Assembly: GCA_963770745.1 (NCBI GenBank)
Contig: CAVYRA010000004.1
Location: 383,667 to 447,666, forward strand
Length of the DNA: 64,000 nt
Source of the DNA: an uncultured Rikenellaceae bacterium
GTDB taxonomy: Bacteria; Bacteroidota; Bacteroidia; Bacteroidales; VadinHA17
Reading direction: 5' to 3'
The position numbers and the translations under genes are program-made. The notes under the pieces were generated by a model. That model saw nothing but the letters and a program-made list of their open reading frames with translations. It was not told the DNA's origin and ran no database searches. Positions 10,017-19,468 of the stretch are shown in pieces (within the stretch, counting starts at the first letter, position 1; every line of letters begins with the position of its first letter).

Positions 10017-10859
10017 ATGGAAGTCGACAGCAAGATAATTGTAGTACCATGGGATTTTACTCCGGTAACGGATTATGCATTGCAGCATGCCATTAAGATA
10101 TCACGCATGACTCACAATGACGTTTGCCTGCTGCATATTGTTGACAAGATCATCTCCGAGGGTGGCATCAAGGCCAAGCAGGCTGCTATGAACAATAAGG
10201 GAAGCGAAGTTGAGCGCAACTTCGGTGTCAAGGTAAAAACACATGTTCAGCGCGGCACCATCTTCAAAAGTATACCCGAGTTCGTCAATGACCGCAGCGC
10301 ATCACTGGTGGTGATGGGAACGCACGGCATGAGCGGCATGCAGAAGATCACCGGCAGCTGGGCACTGAAGGTGATAGCCAAATCGAAGGTACCGTATATT
10401 GTGGTTCAGGCACCACCGGCTGACCAGGAGAGGTATCATGATATCGTCTGCCCCATCGACTGGCGGGCAGAGGAGAAGGAGAAGCTCTCAATGGCTATCT
10501 TCATGGGCAAATACTTTGATTCAAAGGTCCATGTCCTGAAGGCAACCCGGAAGGATGAGTCGCTTGCCAAGAAGGCCAACCTGAACCTCAACTATACGGT
10601 GAGAATGCTCATACAGAACAATATAGAGTATGACATCAAGGAGGTGCCCTCAGACAAGCTGGCCGAGAAGACCATCGAGATAGCCCAGGAGCTTAAGGCA
10701 GACCTCATCCTTATCATGACCACCAAGGACATCACATTTGCAGATTACGTCATTGGGGCGAAGGAGCAGGAGATTATCGCCAACAGCTCAAAGATTCCCG
10801 TCTGCTGTGTGAACCCGTCCTCGGCGTTTGCCAACCTCGGGCAGTTCATGTATGGGTAG
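10017..10859 (+). CDS. universal stress protein, tandem USP domains
   Basis: ORF of 280 aa. IIVVPWDFTPVTDYALQHAI...LVVMGTHGMSGMQKITGSWALKVIAKSKVPYIVVQ, plus a second half ending in LILIMTT...IANSSKIPVCCV. Confidence 0.85.
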   Translation: MEVDSKIIVVPWDFTPVTDYALQHAIKISRMTHNDVCLLHIVDKIISEGGIKAKQAAMNNKGSEVERNFGVKVKTHVQRGTIFKSIPEFVNDRSASLVVMGTHGMSGMQKITGSWALKVIAKSKVPYIVVQAPPADQERYHDIVCPIDWRAEEKEKLSMAIFMGKYFDSKVHVLKATRKDESLAKKANLNLNYTVRMLIQNNIEYDIKEVPSDKLAEKTIEIAQELKADLILIMTTKDITFADYVIGAKEQEIIANSSKIPVCCVNPSSAFANLGQFMYG

Positions 10860-10863
10860 AGCA

Positions 10864-11042
10864 GGCAATAGGCAATAGGCAATAGGCAATATTTAAAAAT
10901 TGCGCGTAGCGCATAAAGTATTGTAGAATTGTCGGTTATAAGCTTTATTTATTCCTCGTAGAGGATTAATTATTGTAGGCAGTTGTGAAGTCCTCAGTCA
11001 AAATCGCAAATTCTAATCGACAATCGAAAATCGAAAATCGAC
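10864..11042. repeat. intergenic mosaic: (GGCAATA)x4, REP-like hairpin, AGTCCTCAGTC, (AATCGAM)x4
   Basis: Read directly. GGCAATA x4 at 10864-10891. Hairpin TGCGC-GTA-GCGCA at 10901-10913 followed by TAAAGTATTGTAGAATT. AGTCCTCAGTC at 10989-10999. AATCGAC/AATCGAA x4 at 11015-11042. Confidence 0.9.
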
Positions 11043-11064
11043 AATTCTAATCGTCAATTCTTCA

Positions 11065-11778
11065 ATGTCCATAATAGTCAGTAATGTAACGAAGAGCTAT
11101 GGTCACCAGAAAGCCCTGGACGACGTTTCATTCACCATTCCTGCCGGCGAGATAGTTGGTTTCATCGGCCCCAACGGCGCCGGGAAGTCGACCATGATGA
11201 AGATCATCACCGGTTTCTTCTCCGCCGATTCGGGCAGCGTGTCGGTCTGCGGCCTCACCGCCGGACCTGGCGCCACGGAGATGAAGCGGCTCATAGGTTA
11301 CCTGCCTGAAAACAACCCTCTTTACACTGATATGTATGTCCGGGAGTACCTCGGATATGTTGCTGACATTTACCGGATGGGCAACAGGAGCCGTGAAGCC
11401 GTGAACTCCGTCATTGAGCGCACAGGACTGACCCCTGAGCAGGGCAAGAAGATAGGCGCCCTCTCCAAGGGATACCGGCAGCGGGTGGGGCTGGCGCAGG
11501 CGCTGATCCATGACCCGCAGGTGCTGATACTCGACGAGGCCACCACCGGCCTCGACCCCAACCAGATAGTAGAGATACGCAACCTCATCTCCGAGGCCGG
11601 CCGAGAGAAGACGGTCATGCTCTCAACGCATATCATGCAGGAGGTGGAGGCCATCTGCAGCCGCGTCATCATCATTGACCACGGCCGTATCGTAGCCGAC
11701 GGCCCCATTGACGAGATCTCCTCCCTCGCCGGCGCCCGCCTCGAGGAAACCTTCCGCCAGCTCACCGGCAATCGATAG
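11065..11778 (+). CDS. gldA: ABC transporter ATP-binding protein, GldA-like, no adjacent permease
   Basis: ORF. GPNGAGKSTMMKI (Walker A), LSKGYRQRVGLAQAL (signature), VLILDEATTGLD (Walker B). Overall close to my recollection of Flavobacterium GldA, but shorter at the C-terminus (237 aa). Confidence 0.6.
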   Translation: MSIIVSNVTKSYGHQKALDDVSFTIPAGEIVGFIGPNGAGKSTMMKIITGFFSADSGSVSVCGLTAGPGATEMKRLIGYLPENNPLYTDMYVREYLGYVADIYRMGNRSREAVNSVIERTGLTPEQGKKIGALSKGYRQRVGLAQALIHDPQVLILDEATTGLDPNQIVEIRNLISEAGREKTVMLSTHIMQEVEAICSRVIIIDHGRIVADGPIDEISSLAGARLEETFRQLTGNR

Positions 11779-11795
11779 GTGCCCGATCTGGCAGA

Positions 11796-11864
11796 AGTCC
11801 TCAGTCCTCAGTCAATCAGTAATTTACACTACTGCCTATTGCCTACTGCCTATTGCCTACCGCC
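11796..11864. repeat. heptanucleotide arrays (AGTCCTC)x2.5 and (TAYYGCC)x5
   Basis: Read directly. AGTCCTCAGTCCTCAGTC at 11796-11813. TACTGCC TATTGCC TACTGCC TATTGCC TACCGCC at 11830-11864, which is the reverse complement of the GGCAATA array at 10864. Confidence 0.9.
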
Positions 11865-11886
11865 TGAGCGTGACTTGCGACTGAGC

Positions 11887-13017
11887 TTATTGCCTCTCCA
11901 GCCACCTCGACAGGAAGAGATCATAAACAGAATTATATGTCCCGCTGCTATCACTCTCCTCATAAATCATCTCCTTAGCCAGCAGCGCATCAATCGCTCT
12001 CTTCGTTCCGGCCGGCGTGCCAAGGGAATACCTGCTCAGGAATTCACCCGACTGAGCTCTGTATACCTTACCCTCCTTTGCAACAGCCACCAGTACCTGC
12101 CACTGATTTGCCGTTAGCAGGTGGCGGTATTGCAGGAAAGTCTTCTCCTGCTCTTCAAGAATTTCACCGCAGATAGCTTTCGCAGATTGAATATCAATCT
12201 CCCTGCCTCCGTAACTAAACAGGGTATTACAAACTGACTGTGTATAATAGGTATGCCTGCGGGTCCAGCCGAGAACAAAAGCAATCGCCTCCGGAGATAT
12301 CTTTCTCTTATATTCTGTAAACTTCTCAGCAATAAACCGGCTGTAACTTTCTGTGGATATCACCGGCAGGCTCATAATCCTTGTGCTGGCAAAGAACGGT
12401 CTCTTTGAGCTGTGAAAAATCTCATTCATCATATGCTTGTTGCTTCCACTGAAAATAAAATGAATATTGGTCAGTGGCTGAATCATAGTCCTGAGCATGG
12501 CTTCCGCATTTCCATCCTCATATGAAGAAATTACCTGGAACTCATCAAAGGCAAGGTAGACATCGGTTCCAATCTCATCCAGAAACTTAAGCAGAGCTGC
12601 GAGAGTAACCTCATATTCCGAAACATCTGAGTATTCAAACCTGACCCCTGGCGCTCCGGTCAGAGGATCATACGTTATTACCGGCCTCAATCCCTTAAGG
12701 AAAGAAAGAAAACGGTTGCCTGTCCGCTTTTTCCTCGGGAGCACATTCATCGAGGCTGTCGCCAGTTGCTTCGTAAGATCCTTTATGCTTCGGGTAGGAT
12801 AGAGGTCTACATACAGGCAAACCGATTGCTTATTACTTATTATTTCATTAAATACATGATGTATCAGTGCGGTTTTACCCATTCTTCGAAGAGAAATTAA
12901 GGTTATGTTCAAACCCCCCATCAGATTCTTCGAAAGTCTTTCAGTTTCTTTCTCTCTGTCGCAAAACGTCTCTGGTCCATGATATCCGACCACCGGAAAA
13001 GGATTCTTTAGTTTCAT
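11887..13017 (-). CDS. AAA-type ATPase (archaeal-ATPase/DUF234-like)
   Basis: ORF. FCDREKETERLSKNLMGGLNITLISLRRMGKTALI (Walker A variant GKT), VYLAFDEFQ (Walker B), and a C-terminal winged-helix-like tail. Confidence 0.7.
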   Translation of the reverse strand: MKLKNPFPVVGYHGPETFCDREKETERLSKNLMGGLNITLISLRRMGKTALIHHVFNEIISNKQSVCLYVDLYPTRSIKDLTKQLATASMNVLPRKKRTGNRFLSFLKGLRPVITYDPLTGAPGVRFEYSDVSEYEVTLAALLKFLDEIGTDVYLAFDEFQVISSYEDGNAEAMLRTMIQPLTNIHFIFSGSNKHMMNEIFHSSKRPFFASTRIMSLPVISTESYSRFIAEKFTEYKRKISPEAIAFVLGWTRRHTYYTQSVCNTLFSYGGREIDIQSAKAICGEILEEQEKTFLQYRHLLTANQWQVLVAVAKEGKVYRAQSGEFLSRYSLGTPAGTKRAIDALLAKEMIYEESDSSGTYNSVYDLFLSRWLERQ

Positions 13018-13035
13018 TACAACTCATTTTCTTTC

Positions 13036-13043
13036 CAAATATA
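13036..13043 (-). promoter_or_regulatory. candidate -7 promoter box (TATATTTG) for the AAA ATPase gene
   Basis: Exact TAnnTTTG on the minus strand, 19 nt upstream of ATG 13017. Confidence 0.35.
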
Positions 13044-13062
13044 AGCAATTTTAATACATAAT

Positions 13063-13090
13063 GTATCATACATTTTGTATCATACATTTT
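13063..13090. repeat. perfect 14-bp tandem direct repeat GTATCATACATTTT x2
   Basis: Read directly. Sits 46-73 nt upstream of the ATPase start, next to the palindrome ATACATAATGTAT. Confidence 0.85.
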
Positions 13091-13140
13091 GTTGGATGAA
13101 TTTCACTGGTATCTGCCCCACCAGGAGTACACCATCTATA

Positions 13141-13364
13141 AATTCTACAATACTTTAACCGCTACGCGGTAAGGGAAATGTGAGCTCCATCAGATCTACC
13201 ATACTATAACCGCTACGCGGTAGGAGACTGAGGACTGAAGACCGAGGACTGAAGACTGAAGACTTCACTATTGCCTATGCCTCCCTGCAAACTGGCTCCT
13301 TGCTAAAAAAATCCACCGGATTTTTTCTTAACGCTCGGCCCTCTACTGCCTATTGCCTATTGCC
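13141..13364. repeat. intergenic mosaic: two REP-like hairpins, (GACTGAR)x6, (TAYTGCC) arrays
   Basis: Read directly. Hairpins ACCGC-TAC-GCGGT at 13158-13170 and 13209-13221, each preceded by CTACaATACTtTA. GACTGAG/GACTGAA/GACCGAG units at 13226-13267. TACTGCC TATTGCC TATTGCC at 13344-13364. Confidence 0.9.
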
Positions 13365-13508
13365 CTTTTAATATTATCTTTGTGCCGTTATACGACGGTG
13401 GACAGATTTGCGCTGATTGCAACCACGGAAAAAAATGCTAAAACGGTTTTCACGCCGCTGCTTTTCAACAATCCGTCCCTGCCTTTGTTAAACTTAAAAA
13501 ATTAACAG

Positions 13509-14768
13509 ATGAGCTATTTATTTACTTCTGAATCCGTTTCCGAAGGCCACCCTGACAAGGTCGCCGACCAGATCTCCGACGCACTGGTTGACAACTTCCT
13601 GGCATGGGACCCCGACTCGAAAGTCGCATGCGAAACCCTCGTTACCACCGGACAGGTGGTCGTGGCAGGCGAAGTTAAAACCAAAACCTATATCGACGTA
13701 CAGACCATCATCCGCGAGGTAATCAACAAAATAGGGTATACTAAGGCCGAGTACATGTTCGACGGCAACTCCTGCGGCATTTTCTCGTCAATCCATGAAC
13801 AGTCGCCCGACATCAACCAGGGCGTCGTCCGCAAGAAGAAAGAGGATCAGGGTGCCGGCGACCAGGGAATGATGTTCGGCTATGCCGTCAATGAAACTAA
13901 AAACTTTCTCCCGCTCTCACTTGACCTGGCACACGAGCTGGTTTACCAGCTCGCTGAGATACGCCGCGAAGGCAAGGTTATGAAATACCTCAGGCCCGAC
14001 TCAAAGTCGCAGGTCACCATCGAATACAACGAGGACGGCACACCGAAAAGGATCCATACAATTGTCGTGTCTACACAGCATGACGACTTCGACAAGGATG
14101 AGAAGAAGATGCTGGAGACAATCAAAAAGGATGTCATCAACATCCTTGTCCCCCGGGTGAAGGCTCAGTTCAATGCTAAGGAACAGAAACTGTTTGACGG
14201 CAAAATAAAATACCACGTCAACCCGACCGGCAAGTTCGTAATCGGCGGGCCTCACGGCGACAGCGGCCTCACGGGACGCAAGATCATCGTCGACACCTAC
14301 GGAGGTCGCGGCGCTCACGGCGGCGGCGCCTTCTCAGGCAAGGACCCCTCGAAGGTCGACCGCTCGGCAGCATACGCCGCACGCCACATAGCAAAGAATA
14401 TGGTCGCCGCCGGCGTCGCACGCGAGATGCTGGTGCAGGTATCATACGCCATCGGCGTGGCTGAACCGGTAGGCATCTTCGTCAATACCTTCGGTACGTC
14501 AAATGTCAGGATGAAAGACGGCGAGATCGCAAAAATTATCGACAAAATGTTCGATCTGCGTCCGGCCATGATAGAGAAGGAATACGGTCTCCGCAAACCG
14601 ATTTACAGTGAGACCGCAGCTTACGGGCATATGGGCCGCGAGCCCAAGACCGTGGAAAAGACATTCAGATCATTCAACGGCAAACCCGATAAAAAGATTG
14701 TAGTTGACCTCTTCAAGTGGGAGGAGCTGAACAAGGTAAATGCCATCAAAAAGGCTTTCGGCCTCTAA
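13509..14768 (+). CDS. metK: S-adenosylmethionine synthetase
   Basis: [58 protein letters not shown]: canonical MetK motifs. Confidence 0.97.
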   Translation: MSYLFTSESVSEGHPDKVADQISDALVDNFLAWDPDSKVACETLVTTGQVVVAGEVKTKTYIDVQTIIREVINKIGYTKAEYMFDGNSCGIFSSIHEQSPDINQGVVRKKKEDQGAGDQGMMFGYAVNETKNFLPLSLDLAHELVYQLAEIRREGKVMKYLRPDSKSQVTIEYNEDGTPKRIHTIVVSTQHDDFDKDEKKMLETIKKDVINILVPRVKAQFNAKEQKLFDGKIKYHVNPTGKFVIGGPHGDSGLTGRKIIVDTYGGRGAHGGGAFSGKDPSKVDRSAAYAARHIAKNMVAAGVAREMLVQVSYAIGVAEPVGIFVNTFGTSNVRMKDGEIAKIIDKMFDLRPAMIEKEYGLRKPIYSETAAYGHMGREPKTVEKTFRSFNGKPDKKIVVDLFKWEELNKVNAIKKAFGL

Positions 14769-14809
14769 AGGAGAATCCTGACAGCTGCCACCGGGCGGAA
14801 TATCGGCAT

Positions 14810-15772
14810 CTAAAACGAGGCTTTTACAATACGGGCAATGTTATCCGATCTGCCGAGGGTATAGTAATGTATCCCCGGCACTTCGTTTTTAAGGAGGTCA
14901 CGGCTCTGCACAGCGGACCACTCAATACCCACCTCCCTCGCCTCCTCGTCGGACCGGCACTTTGAGAGCTCATGCACCAGCTCCTCTGGCATGTCTATAT
15001 GGAACGTCTGGGGCAGCAGGTTCACGTCGGTCATCGCAGAGACCGGCTTGATGCCCGGGATCAACGGCACTGTGACACCCATGGCCCGCAACGCTTCACG
15101 GAAAGCATAGAACTTCCTGTTGTCGAAGAACATCTGGGTGACAATATAACAGGCGCCTGCATCCACCTTGCGCTTCAGGTTGACCATGTCACTCTTCAGG
15201 TTGGGAGCCTCGAAATGCTTCTCCGGATAACCGGCCACACCGATGCAGAATGATGTTGCAGCGGTGTTCTTCAGATCCGGATCGAGATAGTGCCCCCGGT
15301 TCATGTCGGTGATCTGCTGCACCAGCTCATTTGTGTTCTTATGACCTCCGGGGTCAGGGATGAAGACGCGACTGCCCTTCGGGGGGTCTCCCCTTAGTGC
15401 CAGCACATCATTGATACCCAGGAAGTTCATCTCAATCAGTGCATTCTCCGTCTCCTCCTTTGAGAAACCGCCGCAGAGGATATGAGGTACCACATTCACA
15501 TTGTACTTGTACTTCACCGCAGCAGCCAGGGCAATGGTGCCCGGACGCTTGCGGGTGGTGCGCTTCTCCAGCAGACCGTCGGATCTCTCCGTCAGCACCA
15601 CCTCGTTGCGGTGAGAGGTGAAGTTGATGTATGCAGGTGCGTACTCGAGCAGCCCTTCTATGGTGTGATAAGTCCGCTCAATGCTGTGCCCCTTCAGCGG
15701 CGGCAGCAGCTCAAATGTGAAAAGCGGCTTCTTTGAGTCGTTTATAAGGTCAATTACAGTAGCTCCGTTCAT
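14810..15772 (-). CDS. metF: methylenetetrahydrofolate reductase
   Basis: ORF of 320 aa. FTFELLPPLKG...INFTSH...CYIVTQMFFD fits the MetF family. Lies 9 nt downstream of metH. Confidence 0.9.
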   Translation of the reverse strand: MNGATVIDLINDSKKPLFTFELLPPLKGHSIERTYHTIEGLLEYAPAYINFTSHRNEVVLTERSDGLLEKRTTRKRPGTIALAAAVKYKYNVNVVPHILCGGFSKEETENALIEMNFLGINDVLALRGDPPKGSRVFIPDPGGHKNTNELVQQITDMNRGHYLDPDLKNTAATSFCIGVAGYPEKHFEAPNLKSDMVNLKRKVDAGACYIVTQMFFDNRKFYAFREALRAMGVTVPLIPGIKPVSAMTDVNLLPQTFHIDMPEELVHELSKCRSDEEAREVGIEWSAVQSRDLLKNEVPGIHYYTLGRSDNIARIVKASF

Positions 15773-15781
15773 ATGATAAAT

Positions 15782-18700
15782 CTAAAGATTCGGGGCCAGC
15801 CATCTCGCCGCCTCCTCAACCGTCATGCCGCACCGTGCTGCATAATCTTCAAGCTGGTCACGGCCTATCGTGCCCACATTGAAATATGATGAACCTGGTG
15901 AAGCAAAAATATATCCGCACACCGATGAAACAGGTACCATGACAAAACTCTCCGTCAGGGTAACGCCTATCGTCTCCGTGGCCCTGAGCAGGTCAAAGAT
16001 CACCTGTTTGCCGGTATGGTCGGGGCAGGCGGGATAACCCGGCGCAGGCCTGATTCCCTGGTATTTCACCTTGAACAGCTCCGCTGCCGTAAGTGCTTCT
16101 CCGGGAGCATAGGCCCAGTGCCTGACGCGTATCTCGCGGTGCAGCCATTCGGCGGCGGCCTCTGCAAAACGGTCGGCAAGGATCCTGAACATAATAGTAT
16201 GGTAATCGTCGCCGGCGATTCCTTCAGGCAGTTGCTCCACCGGCTTCACGGTCACCACAAACGCCCCGGCATGATCACCCTTTTCGGCTACGAAGTCCGA
16301 GAGACAGAGGTTCCGGTGCCCCGGATCCTTCTCCTCCTGGTTGCGCAGGAAGCGGAACCATGCCTCTTCGCTTCCGTTACCGGGAAGCAGCTTTACATCA
16401 TCACCGTGACGCTCCGCCGCGAAGATGCCCGATAGCGCCTCCGCAACCATCAGCTCCTCATCTATGATCCTTTCAATCATGACAAGTGCATCATCGTAGA
16501 GCTTCCTGGCCTCGGTGCCCTTCACCGGGTCATTGAATATGTCAGGATATTTGCCGTTTATCTTCCATGCAAAGAAGAAGAAGGTCCAGTCGATGTAATC
16601 AACAAGCTCCCTGATGCTTACCGGCCCTGAATTGATCACTCCCGTCATTACGGGCGCCGGTGACGGCATATCACTCCTGAACCCATTCCTTCTCGCAGCC
16701 TCAAGCGTTACCAGCTTCTTAACCCTCCTTGAGGCCTCATGTTCCTTACGGAGCTTCTCATATTTATCCTTCAGCGTCACCGCCAGCGATCCGCCGGCTG
16801 CCATCAGTCCCGACATGACAGGAACCGCCCTGGAGGCATCCTTTACATATACCGCGCTGAATGAATACACAGGGGCAATCCTGACAGCAGTGTGAATCTC
16901 CGAGGTGGTCGCCCCGCCAATCAGCAGGGGGGTCTTCATACCGCGCTCCTCCATTAGTGAGGCGACATGAACCATCTCTTCAAGCGATGGTGTGATCAGT
17001 CCCGACAGCCCGATGAAGTCAACCTTCTCTCTCTCGGCAGTGTCAAGGATTGTGGCGGCGGGAACCATCACTCCCAGGTCGATGACCTCATAGTTGTTAC
17101 ACGAAAGTATTACACCAACAATATTCTTTCCAATATCATGCACATCGCCCTTCACCGTTGCCAGCAGCACCTTTCCTGCCGACGATGCCTCGCCCGTCTT
17201 CATCTCTGCCTCAATATAAGGGGTGAGGCGTGCCACGGCCTTCTTCATCACCCTGGCGCTCTTCACCACCTGCGGCAGGAACATGCGTCCCGACCCGAAC
17301 AGGTCGCCCACCTCGTTCATGCCGTCCATCAGCGGACCTTCAATGACCCTCAGTGCCCTCTCATACTGCGGCCGCGCCTCCTCAACATCGTCCTCAATGA
17401 AGGTGTCGATGCCGTTCACCAGCGCATGCTTTATGCGGCTGACGACGTCACCGTCACGCCACTCATGGTGTTTTGTGGTCTCCTCCTGCTTCCCAATCTT
17501 CATGCCCGATGCATACTGCAGGAGCCTGTCGGTGGCGTCCTTCCTTCGGTTAAGTACCACATCCTCAGTCAGCTGCAACAGGCCCGGCTCAACGGAAGTA
17601 TAGACCTTCAGCAGGCCGGGATTGACGATCCCCATATCCATGCCGGACCTGATGGCATGATAGAGGAAGACCGCGTGCATCGCCTCCCTGACAGGGTCAT
17701 TGCCCCGGAAGGAGAACGAGAGGTTGCTCACCCCTCCGCTCACCCTGGTAAAAGGAAGGTTTGCCTTGATATACTCCGTGGCCTTAATGTAATCGACAGC
17801 ATAGTTATTATGCTCCTCGATGCCGGTGGCGATGGCCAGTACGTTCGGATCAATGAAAATATCTTCCGGGGGGAAGCCCGCCTCTTTCGTCAGCAGCCTG
17901 TAAGAGCGGTCTGCCACCTCTTTTCTTCTCTCAAAGGTGTCAGCCTGCCCGCGTTCATCGAAGAGCATGACCACGGCTGCTGCGCCGTAGCGGCGCACCA
18001 GCCGCGCCTTCTTCAGGAAATCCTCCTCGCCCTCCTTGAGGCTTATCGAGTTGACCACCGGCTTACCCTGTATGCATCTGAGCCCTGCCTCCAGCACCTC
18101 CCACTTCGAAGAGTCTACCATAATGGGCAACTTTGCTATGTCAGGCTCACTCATCAGCAGGTTTATGAAACGCGTCATGGCAGCCGCGCCGTCGATCATG
18201 GCATCATCCATGCATATATCTATCACCTGCGCGCCGCTCTCCACCTGGTCGCGCGCAACGTCAAGGGCAGCCGCGAAGTTGCCCTCGCGTATCAGACGTG
18301 CGAATTTGATTGAGCCGGCGACGTTGGTGCGCTCGCCTATGTTGACGAAGTTGGTTTCAGGCCTTATCACCAGCGGCTCCAGCCCTGCCAGGGCAGTGAT
18401 ATGCTTTCTTTCAGGAAGCGCCCGTGGCGCCCGGCCCTCTGCCAGCGATGCTATGACCCTGATGTGGTCAGGTGTTGTGCCGCAGCATCCGCCGATGATA
18501 TTCACCCAGCCGTTCTGAAGGAAACTGTTGATGATGTTGCCCATATAATCGGCCGACTGGTCATACTCGGCGAACTGGTTCGGCAGGCCGGCGTTGGGAT
18601 GCGCCGACACAAAGAATGGTGCCTTTGCCGACAGCTCCTCTATGAATGGCCTGAGCTGCTCTGCTCCCAGTGCGCAGTTCAGCCCGATGCTGAGGAGCGG

Positions 18701-19402
18701 GAAATGCGACATGGTAATAAGGAACGCCTCGAGGGTCTGGCCCGTGAGTGTGCGTCCGCTGGCATCGGTGATCGTCCCGGATACCATGACAGGCAGGTCA
18801 ATGCCCTTCTCCTCAAAAACCCCGCTGATGGCAAAGAGCGCAGCCTTGGCGTTCAGGCCGTCGAAGACCGTCTCAACAAGCAGAAGATCAGCCCCGCCCT
18901 CTATCAGCCCGCGCACCTGTTCCCCATAAGCCTCAGCCAGGTCCGTGAAGGTGACGGTACGGGCTCCGGGGTCACTCACATCAGGTGACATCGAGGCGGT
19001 ACGGTTGGTGGGGCCCACCGAGCCTGCCACCCATGCCTTCCGTCCTGTCTCTGCCGTGTATGCTTCAACAGCCTCACACGCCAGCTTCGCGGCAGCAACG
19101 TTCATATCATAAACAAGTGACTCCATGCCGTAGTCGGCCATGGATATCCGGTTGGCATTGAAGGTGTTGGTGCTGATGATGTCAGCGCCGGCCATCAGGT
19201 AATCGAGATGGATGCTGCGGATGATCTCCGCCTGCGTTAGAGAAAGCAGGTCGTTGTTCCCCTTCAGCGACTTCGGGTGTGTGGCGAACTTTGTGCCACG
19301 ATACTGCTCCTCGGTCAGCCGGTGACGCTGTATCATCGTGCCCATGGCGCCGTCAAGGACGAGTATTTTTTCCCTGAGGATTTTACTGATATCTGCCTTC
19401 AA
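15782..19402 (-). CDS. metH: cobalamin-dependent methionine synthase
   Basis: ORF of 1206 aa. [13 protein letters not shown] (Hcy domain), GLNCALG, pterin-binding region, [15 protein letters not shown] (B12 DxHxxG motif) and a C-terminal reactivation domain. The start codon is TTG. Confidence 0.97.
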   Translation of the reverse strand: MKADISKILREKILVLDGAMGTMIQRHRLTEEQYRGTKFATHPKSLKGNNDLLSLTQAEIIRSIHLDYLMAGADIISTNTFNANRISMADYGMESLVYDMNVAAAKLACEAVEAYTAETGRKAWVAGSVGPTNRTASMSPDVSDPGARTVTFTDLAEAYGEQVRGLIEGGADLLLVETVFDGLNAKAALFAISGVFEEKGIDLPVMVSGTITDASGRTLTGQTLEAFLITMSHFPLLSIGLNCALGAEQLRPFIEELSAKAPFFVSAHPNAGLPNQFAEYDQSADYMGNIINSFLQNGWVNIIGGCCGTTPDHIRVIASLAEGRAPRALPERKHITALAGLEPLVIRPETNFVNIGERTNVAGSIKFARLIREGNFAAALDVARDQVESGAQVIDICMDDAMIDGAAAMTRFINLLMSEPDIAKLPIMVDSSKWEVLEAGLRCIQGKPVVNSISLKEGEEDFLKKARLVRRYGAAAVVMLFDERGQADTFERRKEVADRSYRLLTKEAGFPPEDIFIDPNVLAIATGIEEHNNYAVDYIKATEYIKANLPFTRVSGGVSNLSFSFRGNDPVREAMHAVFLYHAIRSGMDMGIVNPGLLKVYTSVEPGLLQLTEDVVLNRRKDATDRLLQYASGMKIGKQEETTKHHEWRDGDVVSRIKHALVNGIDTFIEDDVEEARPQYERALRVIEGPLMDGMNEVGDLFGSGRMFLPQVVKSARVMKKAVARLTPYIEAEMKTGEASSAGKVLLATVKGDVHDIGKNIVGVILSCNNYEVIDLGVMVPAATILDTAEREKVDFIGLSGLITPSLEEMVHVASLMEERGMKTPLLIGGATTSEIHTAVRIAPVYSFSAVYVKDASRAVPVMSGLMAAGGSLAVTLKDKYEKLRKEHEASRRVKKLVTLEAARRNGFRSDMPSPAPVMTGVINSGPVSIRELVDYIDWTFFFFAWKINGKYPDIFNDPVKGTEARKLYDDALVMIERIIDEELMVAEALSGIFAAERHGDDVKLLPGNGSEEAWFRFLRNQEEKDPGHRNLCLSDFVAEKGDHAGAFVVTVKPVEQLPEGIAGDDYHTIMFRILADRFAEAAAEWLHREIRVRHWAYAPGEALTAAELFKVKYQGIRPAPGYPACPDHTGKQVIFDLLRATETIGVTLTESFVMVPVSSVCGYIFASPGSSYFNVGTIGRDQLEDYAARCGMTVEEAARWLAPNL

Positions 19403-19422
19403 CTCCTTTATATTTTGATTTG

Positions 19423-19430
19423 CAAAAGTA
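19423..19430 (-). promoter_or_regulatory. candidate -7 promoter box (TACTTTTG) for metH-metF
   Basis: Exact TAnnTTTG on the minus strand, 21 nt upstream of the TTG start at 19402. Overlaps a 6-bp hairpin TTCAGG-AAC-CCTGAA (19432-19446) downstream of the kinase gene. Confidence 0.4.
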
Positions 19431-19468
19431 CTTCAGGAACCCTGAATATCAAAACGTATCTGATGAGA

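Noticed and set aside
11779-12117. 112-aa plus-strand ORF starting right after the GldA-like gene.
   Set aside because: Its N-terminal half is a translation of the heptamer arrays (LSPQSISN...CLLPTAYCLPP) and the rest is antisense to the AAA ATPase gene.
10860-13400. Calling the repeat-flanked two-gene block a mobile element.
   Set aside because: I could identify no transposase, integrase, target-site duplication or long terminal inverted repeats. Only short REP-like hairpins in opposite orientation are present, so mobility is unproven.
16967-18313. 448-aa plus-strand ORF, and similar long ORFs at 1504..2304 (-), 21194..22243 (-), 25527..26615 (+), 41163..42065 (+) and 53547..54095 (+).
   Set aside because: Each lies entirely antisense to a confidently identified gene (metH, lolE-like, rnr, cysS, adhesin, ATP-grasp). 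Their products are Arg/His/Gly-rich with no recognisable motifs. This is the expected mirror-frame artefact in GC-rich coding DNA.
19403-19468. Cobalamin riboswitch upstream of metH.
   Set aside because: Only 66 nt separate metH from the upstream gene, and these are occupied by a short hairpin and a -7 box 21 nt from the start. There is no room for a ~200-nt B12 element and no GCCACUG-type core was seen.
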